From a virus, in the IMG/VR virus record IMGVR_UViG_3300042090_000646, positions 14,564-78,563 of that record: a stretch of 64,000 bases of DNA. One strand, written 5' to 3'. Both the position numbers and the translations under genes were made by a program. The notes beneath the pieces are model-generated. The model had not been told where the DNA came from. It worked only from the letters and a program-made list of their open reading frames with translations, and did no database searches. Shown piece after piece: positions 18,374 through 28,045 of the stretch. Position 1 is the first letter of the stretch; every line of letters begins with the position of its first letter.

Positions 18374-19574
18374 TGATGTAGTTGAAGGTCTGATAAGGGG
18401 GCATGTTGTTGTGGGCTGTTCCGCCCCCCGTGTTGCGAGAAACGTTCGCCGCTGCGTCAGGAAGACCTATGCCGTTATAGGTCATGTTTCCGGTGACAGG
18501 GAACGGGCCCTGGACATACTGGCCAGTATTGCTTTCCACTGTTCCACTGCCACTGATCCAGACTCCATCGATAAGGTGGCTATGGGAAGGCATTTCAGTG
18601 GGTGCCAGGGTGTGGGTTGCCTCACCGACATATCCCGGAGAACCTGCCGTCTGTGCCAACTGGTAAGGTCCGGTCGTGGGGGCCGTGAAACTGGATGCCC
18701 CAAGCGGGAACACCCCTTGCATGTTAGGAAGATTGAATGTGGTGCTGCCATCGCCAACCCCATAGGAGGTCCCAATGGCGGCGAACAATGCCGCCGTGGC
18801 GCCAACCCTAGGGACCGCCGCACCATTGCAGAATAGGTATCCTGCCGGAAGGGCGCCCCCGGCAAAGGGGAACAAGACCCCCGTAGGTATGGCGGCAATG
18901 CCGGAGAGACGTGTATTCAGGTCAACCTGACCGCCCCTGGCGTTGAATATTTCCTGGAAATAGCCATAGATGGTGGCCCATCGGGCATCCGTGGGGGTCC
19001 ATGGGATGATCGTAGGCTGGGCACCCCCGGCGGCTGGGACATAGACGGCGGCCAGGATTACCGGGGCGCCTCCGGTGCCACTGGGGCCCGAATAGGAGGT
19101 GGCCGGAGTGGGGACGCCATTGGCGCCGATTGTGGACATGGGCGTGGGAGCCAGGATCCCTGCGGCAGGGGTGCCCTGGACCACCGTGTAGTACGGGTAC
19201 ATGCTAGCGTCCATGGTCCCATTGGGTTGGCCGGAGGTCATGCATCCGGGGATCAGCGATCCGTCCACCCATTGGTGGCAGCCCACGAGAAGGTCGATAC
19301 GGGGATTACTGGCGTTGGCGGCGGCGATTGTGAAGGTGAGAGGGGCATCCTCCTGAATGGTCATCCGCCCTTGGCCCTCGCTGCCGACCTCGCGCCAGAC
19401 GATCAGGTCCCGGTCACCGCCAGGGTTGAGAGATACGGTCCAGGGCCCGCTGCCAGAGAGTGGTGATATGGAGGGGGTGCCCATCTCGAAGACGCCGGCC
19501 GGGAGGGCTACCGCATGATGGACAGAGCTGTCAGTGATGACCTCTCCAAATTGGACGCTGACTCTGGTGGCCAT
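18363..19574 (-). CDS. Tail fibre protein with phage tail collar domain
   Basis: PTGVLFPFAG..PAGYLFCNG..LFAAIGTSYGVGDGSTTFNLPNMQG; ends HNNMPPYQTFNYIIKT. Confidence 0.9.
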   Translation of the reverse strand: MATRVSVQFGEVITDSSVHHAVALPAGVFEMGTPSISPLSGSGPWTVSLNPGGDRDLIVWREVGSEGQGRMTIQEDAPLTFTIAAANASNPRIDLLVGCHQWVDGSLIPGCMTSGQPNGTMDASMYPYYTVVQGTPAAGILAPTPMSTIGANGVPTPATSYSGPSGTGGAPVILAAVYVPAAGGAQPTIIPWTPTDARWATIYGYFQEIFNARGGQVDLNTRLSGIAAIPTGVLFPFAGGALPAGYLFCNGAAVPRVGATAALFAAIGTSYGVGDGSTTFNLPNMQGVFPLGASSFTAPTTGPYQLAQTAGSPGYVGEATHTLAPTEMPSHSHLIDGVWISGSGTVESNTGQYVQGPFPVTGNMTYNGIGLPDAAANVSRNTGGGTAHNNMPPYQTFNYIIKT

Positions 19575-19586
19575 GGTGACTCCCTG

Positions 19587-20441
19587 CTACAAGGTCTGAT
19601 TGGGGTAATCGTTCCGCTCTGCCACCTGGAGCGAGCTTTGGACGGTCACGGTGAGGTTGGCCGTCACCAGGAAGGCGGGAATCTCAAGGGTCTCGAAATC
19701 CTCGCTCTCCTTGTAGGTTGCGACCGGGTCCGCCCAGCCAATGGCACGGGCCGCATCAAGCACCACCTCCATGGCGCCCCCGAGCCATGCGCCCAGGGCT
19801 GACCGTTCCTCAGGGGTGGCACACCACGCGACGATGGAGAGCTGGAGCGTCCAGAGCTTGCCCTTGGTGAGGCTGGTTTGGAAGTTGCCGCCCATGACTC
19901 CCTGCATCATGTTGCCGATGAAGGTGGAACATGGGTTCAGGCCGTCAACCTGGACATTGATGGCGGGCCAAGCGTGGGTGTCGCGGGGGAAGGCACGGGT
20001 CACCCGGACAACCTTGGACGGGAGAGGCTGGATGGTCGTGGCGACGTCCTGGATCCGGGCCACCACCCAATCGGCGTCCCAAGGGAACTCCCATGAGAAG
20101 GCGGCCTGGAGGTTGAACCCGGAGAGGCTGACTCCGGTGTCCCAGACCCCGGAGGTTTTGGTGAAAACGGTCAGGACCAGGCCGGCGGTCATTGGCGCCC
20201 CGAAGAACCCTGCCTGGGTTGTTCCGCCGGTCGGCTCGTCGCCCCAGGGCGGCGCTGCGAAGGTGGGAAGGGGGAGCGGAACTTGGACCAGGGCCGGGTT
20301 GGGGTCGTTGTAGGCGATGGCCGCGTCTGGGCCGACAAAGGCGGTGATGGCCTGGACCATGGCCGGGAGCAGAACCTCCACGATCCCGGCGCCGCCGATG
20401 GCGAGGGGAGTAAGGGTGATGGCGGAGGCTGGAAGGCTCAT
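19587..20441 (-). CDS. Tail completion/terminator-like protein
   Basis: RAFP..WPAINV..LSIVAW..PEER pattern; virion module context. Confidence 0.5.
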   Translation of the reverse strand: MSLPASAITLTPLAIGGAGIVEVLLPAMVQAITAFVGPDAAIAYNDPNPALVQVPLPLPTFAAPPWGDEPTGGTTQAGFFGAPMTAGLVLTVFTKTSGVWDTGVSLSGFNLQAAFSWEFPWDADWVVARIQDVATTIQPLPSKVVRVTRAFPRDTHAWPAINVQVDGLNPCSTFIGNMMQGVMGGNFQTSLTKGKLWTLQLSIVAWCATPEERSALGAWLGGAMEVVLDAARAIGWADPVATYKESEDFETLEIPAFLVTANLTVTVQSSLQVAERNDYPNQTL

Positions 20442-21310
20442 TCATACCCCGCGTCGTTGCTGGCATAGATGTCGAGGCATTGGGTCCCGGCAGCCTTTAG
20501 CCGATTGATCATGGCAAGGAGGAAGGCGTTGGTGACGTGGTTGGGGCCGATGGTTCCGTCGCCATTCCGCGTCAAAGGAATGTTGACGATGAAACAGCCC
20601 GCCAGGCTGCCGTTGCCAGAGGAGAAACCAGAAGCACGGGCATCGGAGGACGGCGTGAAGTTGGCATTGCCGACCCGAAGGGTTTGGCTGCCTTTCTGGT
20701 CGTATCGCTTGTATGTTGCGGAGGCCGCATTCAGCACCAGGACATGGGTGCTTGTTCCGTTGAGCCCAAAAAAACAGTCGAGGATCGCCGCCATCCCGAA
20801 ATTGGTAATCGACGGCCGAGCGATGGTGGAGATCAACCGCACAGCGTAGGCTGGGTCAGTCTCCGTGGTCCATACAGGAGGGGTGACGGTTGTGTTCCAG
20901 AAACTCCAGCGGGCATTGCCCAAGACGCTGCCCCAGGCATCCAGGTAAGGTCCGGCGGCCCCGGATGCGGTGGAACTGCCAGTCCCGAGGGTGGCCGGGG
21001 GTGGGACCAAAGCCGGTGCGGGGTCCAGGCCGGAGGGGTCGAAAGCCGTCCAGAGCGCGAATCTAGGGTCTGGGTTGGGCGCAGCGTAGGTCGGGCTGGA
21101 GGGCGCCTGAAGAGCGGGGGGGACCTTGGCGTTGACGCAAGCGGCACCTACGAAGAGTTGTTGCTCCAGCGTGGTCGCCTGTGCGTCCTGCCAGTCTCCA
21201 AGGAAGTAACTGGCAGCGGTGAGTCGAGCCAGGGCAAGCCCCGAGGTTGGTTCCGGAGGCGGAATCAACCGGAGGAGCCTGCTTAGGATCAACTGCTGCC
21301 CACTCGCCAT
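20438..21310 (-). CDS. Baseplate wedge subunit (gpI-like)
   Basis: AAGPYLDAWGSVLG..R..ETDPAYAVRL..INRLKAAGT; start may be 21310 or 21349. Confidence 0.7.
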   Translation of the reverse strand: MASGQQLILSRLLRLIPPPEPTSGLALARLTAASYFLGDWQDAQATTLEQQLFVGAACVNAKVPPALQAPSSPTYAAPNPDPRFALWTAFDPSGLDPAPALVPPPATLGTGSSTASGAAGPYLDAWGSVLGNARWSFWNTTVTPPVWTTETDPAYAVRLISTIARPSITNFGMAAILDCFFGLNGTSTHVLVLNAASATYKRYDQKGSQTLRVGNANFTPSSDARASGFSSGNGSLAGCFIVNIPLTRNGDGTIGPNHVTNAFLLAMINRLKAAGTQCLDIYASNDAGYE

Positions 21311-21355
21311 GAGCCTTAGCGTCGGGGAGGTGGCCACATGTTGGGCCAAACCCCC

Positions 21356-21368
21356 AGCAGTAGGTGGC
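21356..21368 (+). promoter_or_regulatory. Candidate late-gene regulatory motif AGCAGTAGGTGGC
   Basis: Second copy of the 7141-7153 motif. Confidence 0.45.
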
Positions 21369-21437
21369 CCCTATCCCTGGGCCTGCGAGTCTGCGCCGGG
21401 CGTTACCTGCGAAACCTGGACCATCAACGGAGGCGCT

Positions 21438-23222
21438 ATGCCCGGCAACATTGGTATTACCGTGGGCGGGACCCAGGTCGTGCGCCCCTCAGTGGTCAGC
21501 CAGATCAACACCTCCGCCATGGTCCCCACCAGCATCGGATCACCACAGATTCCTGGTGTGATCGGGGCTTTCGATGGTGGCATTCCCGGAATCGTCTACA
21601 ACTTCACCAGCTACACCCAGGCGGCTGCCACCCTACGGGCTGGACAGGCTCTCAGCTACCTGAGTCGAATCTTCAATCCTGGTGGCGGCAAGCCAGGGGC
21701 CTCTGAGGTCTATGTGGTCAGGGCGGGCACCCCGACCCAGTCCACCCTGGTTTCCGGGTGCGGGATTACCTTCACCTCCCAGGACTATGGGATCCATACC
21801 AACGGCATCTCCATTACGGTGACCGGGGGATATTCAACCCCTTGGACCGTCACTGTCGCTAAGCCTGCCGACAATTACCTGCGGACCTATAACGTCGGCA
21901 ATGCCCTGACCCTGACTTCCTCTGCTGTGCTTCCGGTTCTCACCTTCAACCACGCGACCTGCCTCGCCACCATGACGGAGAATGGCGTGACGGTATCGAC
22001 CCTGGCCTATCCCCCGGGAGCAGGCGTGACGGTCGCGAACCTGGTGTCATGGATCAGTGCCCGTGCTGGATGGACGGCGGTCCTTGCCCCGGGTGCCGAT
22101 CCCACCATGCCTGTGCAATACATGGATAACCCGGTGGCCGGGTTCTCCATCCTCAGCACGGCCACCCAGGTCACTGCCTCCCAGGGTATGGCGATCTATG
22201 AAATCAATACCAACGACCAGCAAGTCACTGCATCTCTGACTACCGGAAGCATCTTCGGAACCCTCTCACCCGAGCCCTCGCTCCCCATGGCGGGAGGCAC
22301 CGGCAACTCCATGACGGCTCTGGCTGTCAGCGGCGGCGTGACGGGAGGAGGCGATTGGGGCAATGCCCTGGCGGTCATGGATACCGTGGACTGCGCGGCC
22401 CTATTCTTTTGTTCATCTCTGGCTGCGGTCCAGGCCCTTGGCTACAACGATTGCGTCACGGAGCGGTCAATCACGCGCAAGAAATACCGGATCCTCTATA
22501 CCGGGTCCGCTCCTGCTGGAGGCGTGACCGAGTCAGTCAACGTGGCCGCTACCACAGCTGAAGCTCCGCTCCTGGCTGGCCCGGTGGTCTATGCCTGGAA
22601 TGGAACGGCAGGAATCAACCCCATGTCGGGTCTTACCGAACAGCTCGGCGGTCTGGGAACCGCGGCCCAGCTCTGCGGCCTGGCCTGCGGATCCGGTCCA
22701 GCCCAATCCCTGACAGGGCAATACATTTCCTCTTATGGGTTGGAATTTCCCAACCCTTCCGATCCCGACATCAACACCCTACTCCTGGCTGGCATTACCC
22801 CCATTGCCACCGATCCCACCACCGGCAACGCCGTGGTTGTCCAGGCGATCACTACCTATCAGGGGGGCTCCAATGTGTCCTTCCGCACCCTCACAGGTCT
22901 GCGGGTCCAGGACGCCATCTCGCGGATGTTCAACAGCATCCTGACCCCCTTTGTCGGCTATCCCCTTGATCTGGTCACCGGCCAGCTCATCTATAGCGCC
23001 GCGCAGAAGGCTCTGGATGCCGCCACTGTTTCCGCTCAGAACCCGGACGGCTTCCTCACGCCGGGCTTCGTGAATGGCGGGGAAGTTCCCTCATGGACCA
23101 ACCTGACCGTCACCACCGACGGCCTCCAGACCTGGTTCCTGGCCGTCCAGGCGCATCCGGTCTGCGAATCCGACTACATCAGCGTCCAGGTCAACCTGAC
23201 TCCCGTCCCCATCAATTTGTGA
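21438..23222 (+). CDS. Contractile tail sheath protein
   Basis: About 594 aa from ATG 21438 (RBS ggagg); RPSVVSQI, GAFDGG, SQDYG, LLLAGITP..VVQAITTY. Confidence 0.9.
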   Translation: MPGNIGITVGGTQVVRPSVVSQINTSAMVPTSIGSPQIPGVIGAFDGGIPGIVYNFTSYTQAAATLRAGQALSYLSRIFNPGGGKPGASEVYVVRAGTPTQSTLVSGCGITFTSQDYGIHTNGISITVTGGYSTPWTVTVAKPADNYLRTYNVGNALTLTSSAVLPVLTFNHATCLATMTENGVTVSTLAYPPGAGVTVANLVSWISARAGWTAVLAPGADPTMPVQYMDNPVAGFSILSTATQVTASQGMAIYEINTNDQQVTASLTTGSIFGTLSPEPSLPMAGGTGNSMTALAVSGGVTGGGDWGNALAVMDTVDCAALFFCSSLAAVQALGYNDCVTERSITRKKYRILYTGSAPAGGVTESVNVAATTAEAPLLAGPVVYAWNGTAGINPMSGLTEQLGGLGTAAQLCGLACGSGPAQSLTGQYISSYGLEFPNPSDPDINTLLLAGITPIATDPTTGNAVVVQAITTYQGGSNVSFRTLTGLRVQDAISRMFNSILTPFVGYPLDLVTGQLIYSAAQKALDAATVSAQNPDGFLTPGFVNGGEVPSWTNLTVTTDGLQTWFLAVQAHPVCESDYISVQVNLTPVPINL

Positions 23223-23230
23223 GGTGACCC

Positions 23231-23647
23231 ATGGCCAATCTGGCTACGCAGCAAGTTCTTGGTGGCCATACCGCCCGCATCCTCCTCAATGGAGTGGACG
23301 TGGGCTTCTGCCAGGGAGTCACCTGGAACGTGGATGATGGCGTCCAGGAAGTTTTTGTGCTCGGTTCCGTCGAGGCCCAGGAACACCAGCAGACCCACTA
23401 TTCCGTCAGCGGGGAGATTAATCGTTACTATATCCGCTCCAACATTGCCGACAGTTCCGCCCTTGGCGCCAGGACGGCTGCTGACCTGATCCGCACCGGA
23501 ACCTTCGACCTACAGGTCGTGGACTCCACCAGCGGCCAGACTGTCGTCACGCTGGAGAGCTGCACCCTGGGGTCTCAGGGCAGCGGGATGCAGGCTGGAT
23601 CCCTGGTCTCCCAGCGGTATTCCTTCCGCGCCCTTAAGACGAGGTAA
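23231..23647 (+). CDS. Tail tube protein
   Basis: 138 aa directly after the sheath; VGFCQGV..QEVFVLGS..EH. Confidence 0.85.
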   Translation: MANLATQQVLGGHTARILLNGVDVGFCQGVTWNVDDGVQEVFVLGSVEAQEHQQTHYSVSGEINRYYIRSNIADSSALGARTAADLIRTGTFDLQVVDSTSGQTVVTLESCTLGSQGSGMQAGSLVSQRYSFRALKTR

Positions 23648-23650
23648 TCC

Positions 23651-24058
23651 ATGGAAGAGATCACCGATCCCATCCTCCGCGAGGCCGCCGGCCTGGAACC
23701 CCTCCTGGCCGGAGTGGCCAAGGTGGGCGACAAGGACCTCGTCAAGGCTCCCCGCTTCGAGTCGGACTTCGCCAGCCCTGCCTTCCCGCACCTCGACGGG
23801 CGGGTGACAATGCGCTATGCCAATGTGGGAGACACCCTGGCTATTGAGGCTCTGTCTCTCAACGGGGGGCGGTTCGCTGAGGCCATCGCCACGCTCCAGG
23901 TATGCATCGAGATCGCCCCGGCCTCCTGGTATCGGGCTTCTGTGGGAGGGGGGGTTCCCGTCCTGGATCTGTCCAAGATCCAGGACGCCGAAGCCCTGGT
24001 CGATCTCTACCAGGCATACTCCGGCTGGAGGGCCACCTTTCGACGCGGCGGTAAGTAG
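23651..24058 (+). CDS. Tail assembly chaperone
   Basis: Follows the tube gene; ATLQVCI..PASW; ends TFRRGGK. Confidence 0.75.
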   Translation: MEEITDPILREAAGLEPLLAGVAKVGDKDLVKAPRFESDFASPAFPHLDGRVTMRYANVGDTLAIEALSLNGGRFAEAIATLQVCIEIAPASWYRASVGGGVPVLDLSKIQDAEALVDLYQAYSGWRATFRRGGK

Positions 24059-24308
24059 GCTGATCTGGGACGAGCCATCCCCCCGCCTCCGAATGCTGTG
24101 GGAGGGCTCCAGGGCCCTGGGCCTTCACCCGTGGCACCGGGAAACCCTTTCATTGGCCCCGCACCAGCTCTGGTGGGCCATGGTGCAGGCCCGCGAGGAG
24201 AAGGGGCTTGACCCCCGTCGGAAGCATAAGGAAGCCGTGGCTGACGCCAAGGACAAAGCGGTAGGCGGACTTCTCGCCTGGGCCGACACCCATATCTCCA
24301 GGAGGTGA
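24039..24308 (+). CDS. Second tail chaperone ORF, probably reached by +1 frameshift
   Basis: Open +1 frame FDAAVSRLIWDEPSPRLRMLW... overlapping the ACC TTT CGA site. Confidence 0.55.
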   Translation, partial: FDAAVSRLIWDEPSPRLRMLWEGSRALGLHPWHRETLSLAPHQLWWAMVQAREEKGLDPRRKHKEAVADAKDKAVGGLLAWADTHISRR

Positions 24309-24928
24309 CCATGTTCGATGCCCTGGCCTTCGACCAACTTCTGGGTACTGCCGATTCTGGTTCTAGGCTTCGATGGGCTCAGGCCAGGCGGTGTGTGTGC
24401 TTCGACCAGGACGGTGGCACCAACCCATCCTGTCCGGTATGCAACGGCAATGCCTATGTCTGGGATAGTTGGAGCAAGGAATTCCGAGCCGGAGTCCTCG
24501 GGTTGACGGGTAGGCAGATTGAGAACATTTCTCAGCGTTTCGGGCCTGCTGCGGTGGGGGATGCCACTATCTCCCTGCCTCACACCTGTCCCCCATACCA
24601 CACGGTCACCCAGCGCGACCGTTTCGTGGCCCTGGACGCCACCGACACTGCCGAATGGAGCATAGTCCCCGGTGTGATTCTGACCCTTCCCTTCCAGGCA
24701 GTTCTGCTTGAGGCGCGGGTGATGTCCCTCGACGGCCTCTCGATTATCCCGGCTCCGGTCCCAGTGGCCGATGCCAACTCCCGCATTTCGGTCACCCAGG
24801 CTACCGTGGTCCGACTCCGGGCTCCCCGGCGCTACGAGGTGATCTTCGACCTTTCCCAGACGCGGGCCATCATGCCAGGGCTGCCCCGAAAGATGATGCT
24901 GAAGCTGGTCGATCTGAGTTTGAGGTGA
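24305..24928 (+). CDS. Head completion/neck protein with Cys motif
   Basis: W..ARRCVC..CPVCNGNAY..DRF motif seen in large-myovirus neck proteins. Confidence 0.6.
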   Translation: MTMFDALAFDQLLGTADSGSRLRWAQARRCVCFDQDGGTNPSCPVCNGNAYVWDSWSKEFRAGVLGLTGRQIENISQRFGPAAVGDATISLPHTCPPYHTVTQRDRFVALDATDTAEWSIVPGVILTLPFQAVLLEARVMSLDGLSIIPAPVPVADANSRISVTQATVVRLRAPRRYEVIFDLSQTRAIMPGLPRKMMLKLVDLSLR

Positions 24929-24931
24929 GCC

Positions 24932-26728
24932 ATGGGTGAATTCGTAAGAGATCTGAACGTCATGCTCCACATGGACGCCGATGTCTCGGAGGCCGAGAAA
25001 AAGGTCAAGGGTCTCCAGCAGCAAGCCAACCAGGGGCCTCTCACCTCGGCCTTGGGTGGCCTGGGGAATACAGCCACGAATGGAGGCGCCGGAGGCATGA
25101 CCCAGGAATTGGCCAATGGCCAGATGCGGGATATGTTCCGGGACCTGATTAAGACCATGAGTGAGTTATCTAGCTCCATCAAGGGCAGGACGGCGAGCGG
25201 CGGCGGTGGTGGAGGGACAGGTCCAGAGGTGGAACCATCTGGGCCATCCGGCCCGATTGGCGACCTTGGGCTTCCGGGATTGACGGGGAGGAAACAGCTC
25301 CAGGGATGGGAAGTCCAGCGCATGATCAACAATCCAGCGGGTTCCCTCTGGGGAATGGCAAATGCGGGCTGGATGGCCAAGGCCGGACGCTTGGCCATGG
25401 GCGAAGCAGGAGAAGGACTTGCCGGGCTTGGCTTGTTAGGGAGTGCCGCTGTAGCAGGAGGAGCCCTGGTCGGGGGACTGAAGATCGGCGACATGGTCAA
25501 CCATGGAACTCTGTCGTCGGGGGAAATAGAGGTCCAAAAGAGGCTGCGGGACGCATCGCTTTCTGCCTCGGTGGGGCTGGACTTCCGTGGCCTAACCTTC
25601 AGCGATGACCGACTTCACCCTGGGTCCGGACTCGGCACCGACTTCAACTACGAATATGCCCGTAATGGCCTCCAGGGGCTTGGCGTTCATCTCGGCGACA
25701 TGGCGGATTCCGACCGAAACGGGATGCCTGGATTCATGTCGAACATGGGCAGATGGTCGAATCGCATGGGCGTTTCCCAAGAAGGCGCAGCCGGTTTCAT
25801 GGGACAGCTATGGGCCTCGGGGGCGGGTCCCAAAACCCTTGAAGGAGGCAATGCCCTCCTGAAAAATATTGAAGAGGCCATTAAGGTTGGGCATAGGATC
25901 GGGATTTCTGGCAATGAGACGATGCAGTCCGTTGCCGCGATGCTCCATATGGAGCAATCCAGGACAGGGACAGTATCGGGATCGGCCTTGAGCCATATTC
26001 TCAGCATCCAGGGTGGCCTGGGGTCAATGGATAAGCATCTTTTCGGCGGCAGCAAATCCAATGATGTCATCGCCGCCGTGGGCACCAATAAGAACAGCAT
26101 CCAACGGGCCGGGCTGATGGCCTATCTGATGGGAGCTGGAAAGGGAGAATGGGAAAATTTCAAGCATAGCCCTGCTTTGGATGGCCTAAACCTTACCGAC
26201 TATGACAAGGCCACTATTATGGCCGATTCGCCAGATGTGACCAGGACGTATACCGACAGAATGCTCAGGGGTGACTGGAAAAACATGCCTCTCAGTGCTC
26301 AATCCTGGCTTTCTGGCTTGAATTCTGTCGACTCGATACAGAAACGATATGGATATATTGCAGGAGCAAGAGGACAGTTTAGGCATCCAGGTGGAGGTAA
26401 AGATGACCTTGGATCCAACTTTGATTCAGAACAGGCTGCTAGCGAGAACCTTACGGCATTTGGAGGTCAGGTGAAGGAGTATGCTGGATCCGGGGCCAGC
26501 ACTGAACGACTTATGGGATTACTGCAAGCCGAAGCAGAAAAATCCAAATTAATCCTAGATGCAAGTATTAATTTCAATAAAGCAGTTCAAAGTTTCGCCA
26601 ATACTGTAGGAGACTTGGTATTCGGCAGTTTCGTAGATAGGGGCAAGGCTTTCTCTGCTATTGCCAATCCAGGAACCACCGTTGCAAATTTGGTAGCAGA
26701 GCAAGTGAAGGCGAAGCTGCTTAAATAA
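24932..26728 (+). CDS. Tape measure protein
   Basis: 598 aa, Gly/Ala-rich and helical with a hydrophobic segment; lies after the chaperones. Confidence 0.7.
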   Translation: MGEFVRDLNVMLHMDADVSEAEKKVKGLQQQANQGPLTSALGGLGNTATNGGAGGMTQELANGQMRDMFRDLIKTMSELSSSIKGRTASGGGGGGTGPEVEPSGPSGPIGDLGLPGLTGRKQLQGWEVQRMINNPAGSLWGMANAGWMAKAGRLAMGEAGEGLAGLGLLGSAAVAGGALVGGLKIGDMVNHGTLSSGEIEVQKRLRDASLSASVGLDFRGLTFSDDRLHPGSGLGTDFNYEYARNGLQGLGVHLGDMADSDRNGMPGFMSNMGRWSNRMGVSQEGAAGFMGQLWASGAGPKTLEGGNALLKNIEEAIKVGHRIGISGNETMQSVAAMLHMEQSRTGTVSGSALSHILSIQGGLGSMDKHLFGGSKSNDVIAAVGTNKNSIQRAGLMAYLMGAGKGEWENFKHSPALDGLNLTDYDKATIMADSPDVTRTYTDRMLRGDWKNMPLSAQSWLSGLNSVDSIQKRYGYIAGARGQFRHPGGGKDDLGSNFDSEQAASENLTAFGGQVKEYAGSGASTERLMGLLQAEAEKSKLILDASINFNKAVQSFANTVGDLVFGSFVDRGKAFSAIANPGTTVANLVAEQVKAKLLK

Positions 26729-26848
26729 GCACATAAAAAGGTGCAAAACGAGCCGAAAAGGGCAGACCAAGCAATATCGGCCTGATAACCCTTGAGGGGA
26801 TGCCCTGCTCGACTCTCTGATCCATCAAGGTTGGGGCTGGAGGGGCCC

Positions 26849-27343
26849 ATGGCCACCATCGAACTGGCAATGCCGTTCCTGAAGAAACACGAGGGGGGAT
26901 GGTCCAACCGGCGCCAGGACCGAGGTGGACCGACGATGGAGGGCCTGACTCTGGCCGTCGCCCAGCGATATGGCATCATGACCGAAGAAGCCCTCCGCAA
27001 CATCTCCGATGCCGACCTGATGCGGATTTACCGGGACGGCTACTGGAAGTTCGACGGGGTCAATGACCAGCGTGTGGCCACCAAGATGTTCGACCTTTGT
27101 GTCAACTTCGGGGATGGCACAGAAATCAAGATGATCCAGGTCATCGTCGGCGTGAGCGCGGACGGTGTCTATGGCCCCGCGACCGAAGCTGCAATCAACG
27201 CCATGGATCCGGACCAGCTTATCCAGGATATCTCTGATGCCGCCGTGGCGCGGTATGAGGAGATCGAGGGCCGGAACCCCAACGACGAGGAATTCATGCG
27301 CGGCTGGCTAATCCGCGCCAAGGATGTGCCCGATGCCGCCTGA
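26849..27343 (+). CDS. Endolysin, glycoside hydrolase family 108 with peptidoglycan-binding domain
   Basis: HEGGWSN..DRGGPT..G; ADGVYGPAT; FMRGWL.R. Confidence 0.92.
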   Translation: MATIELAMPFLKKHEGGWSNRRQDRGGPTMEGLTLAVAQRYGIMTEEALRNISDADLMRIYRDGYWKFDGVNDQRVATKMFDLCVNFGDGTEIKMIQVIVGVSADGVYGPATEAAINAMDPDQLIQDISDAAVARYEEIEGRNPNDEEFMRGWLIRAKDVPDAA

Positions 27344-27683
27344 GACTGATCCGTGTGCAACCCCGACGATTACCTCGACGACCCCTACGGTTACGGCTGG
27401 CCCTGGCCTGATCTATCGGATCTACGACGCCATCCGTGCTGCAATCCTGGGGATCCGAACCGGGTTCCGAACCGCGATGACGGAGCGGGACAATGTGACC
27501 CACGATCCCGCGAAGTGGAGCTGGCTCATCTCGACCCTCTCCGTCCTGGGGCATGATTACTACCAGCTCATCCACAAAGTTCCGGTCAATGTCAAGGATC
27601 TAGCCATCGCTCTGGCCGGCATTGCTGCCGCCCATGGCTTTGCCATCGGGGCAAAATCTTCCAGCGATCATCCACAGGGGTAG
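27333..27683 (+). CDS. Holin-like membrane protein
   Basis: Hydrophobic segments; between endolysin and spanins. Confidence 0.5.
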   Translation: MPPETDPCATPTITSTTPTVTAGPGLIYRIYDAIRAAILGIRTGFRTAMTERDNVTHDPAKWSWLISTLSVLGHDYYQLIHKVPVNVKDLAIALAGIAAAHGFAIGAKSSSDHPQG

Positions 27684-27685
27684 CC

Positions 27686-28042
27686 ATGCTTCCGCTTAAC
27701 GTTCTCCTCGCCAACCTCAAGACCTACGCCAATATCATTATCGGAACGGTGGTGGTGCTGGCGGTGGTGTCCACCGGGGTCTACATTGCGGTACTCCGGC
27801 ATGAGCGCAATATGGCCCGCGCCAAGGAGGCTGTCCTCCAGCAGGTAGTGGCCGGCTATGTCGCCGCATCCAAGGCCCTCCAGGTCAAGCTGGATGCCGC
27901 GGATAAGGCCCTGGATGATGAGGACGTTGAAAACAAGAAGCTCCTGGCCGACCTACAGGCATCCGTCCCCAAGAACCCGGCCGAGGCGAATGCCTGGGCC
28001 ATTGCCGCCGCCCAGAAGATCGGGAAGGAGGCTCAGAGGTGA
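27686..28042 (+). CDS. i-spanin (Rz-like)
   Basis: N-terminal transmembrane helix plus coiled coil. Confidence 0.7.
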   Translation: MLPLNVLLANLKTYANIIIGTVVVLAVVSTGVYIAVLRHERNMARAKEAVLQQVVAGYVAASKALQVKLDAADKALDDEDVENKKLLADLQASVPKNPAEANAWAIAAAQKIGKEAQR

Positions 28043-28045
28043 ACC

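Noticed and set aside
18363-19574. Diversity-generating retroelement acting on the tail fibre
   Set aside because: No reverse transcriptase and no template/variable repeat pair found in the window
18363-21349. Invertible tail-fibre (Gin/Cin-type) switch
   Set aside because: No flanking inverted repeats, alternative fibre ends or serine invertase seen
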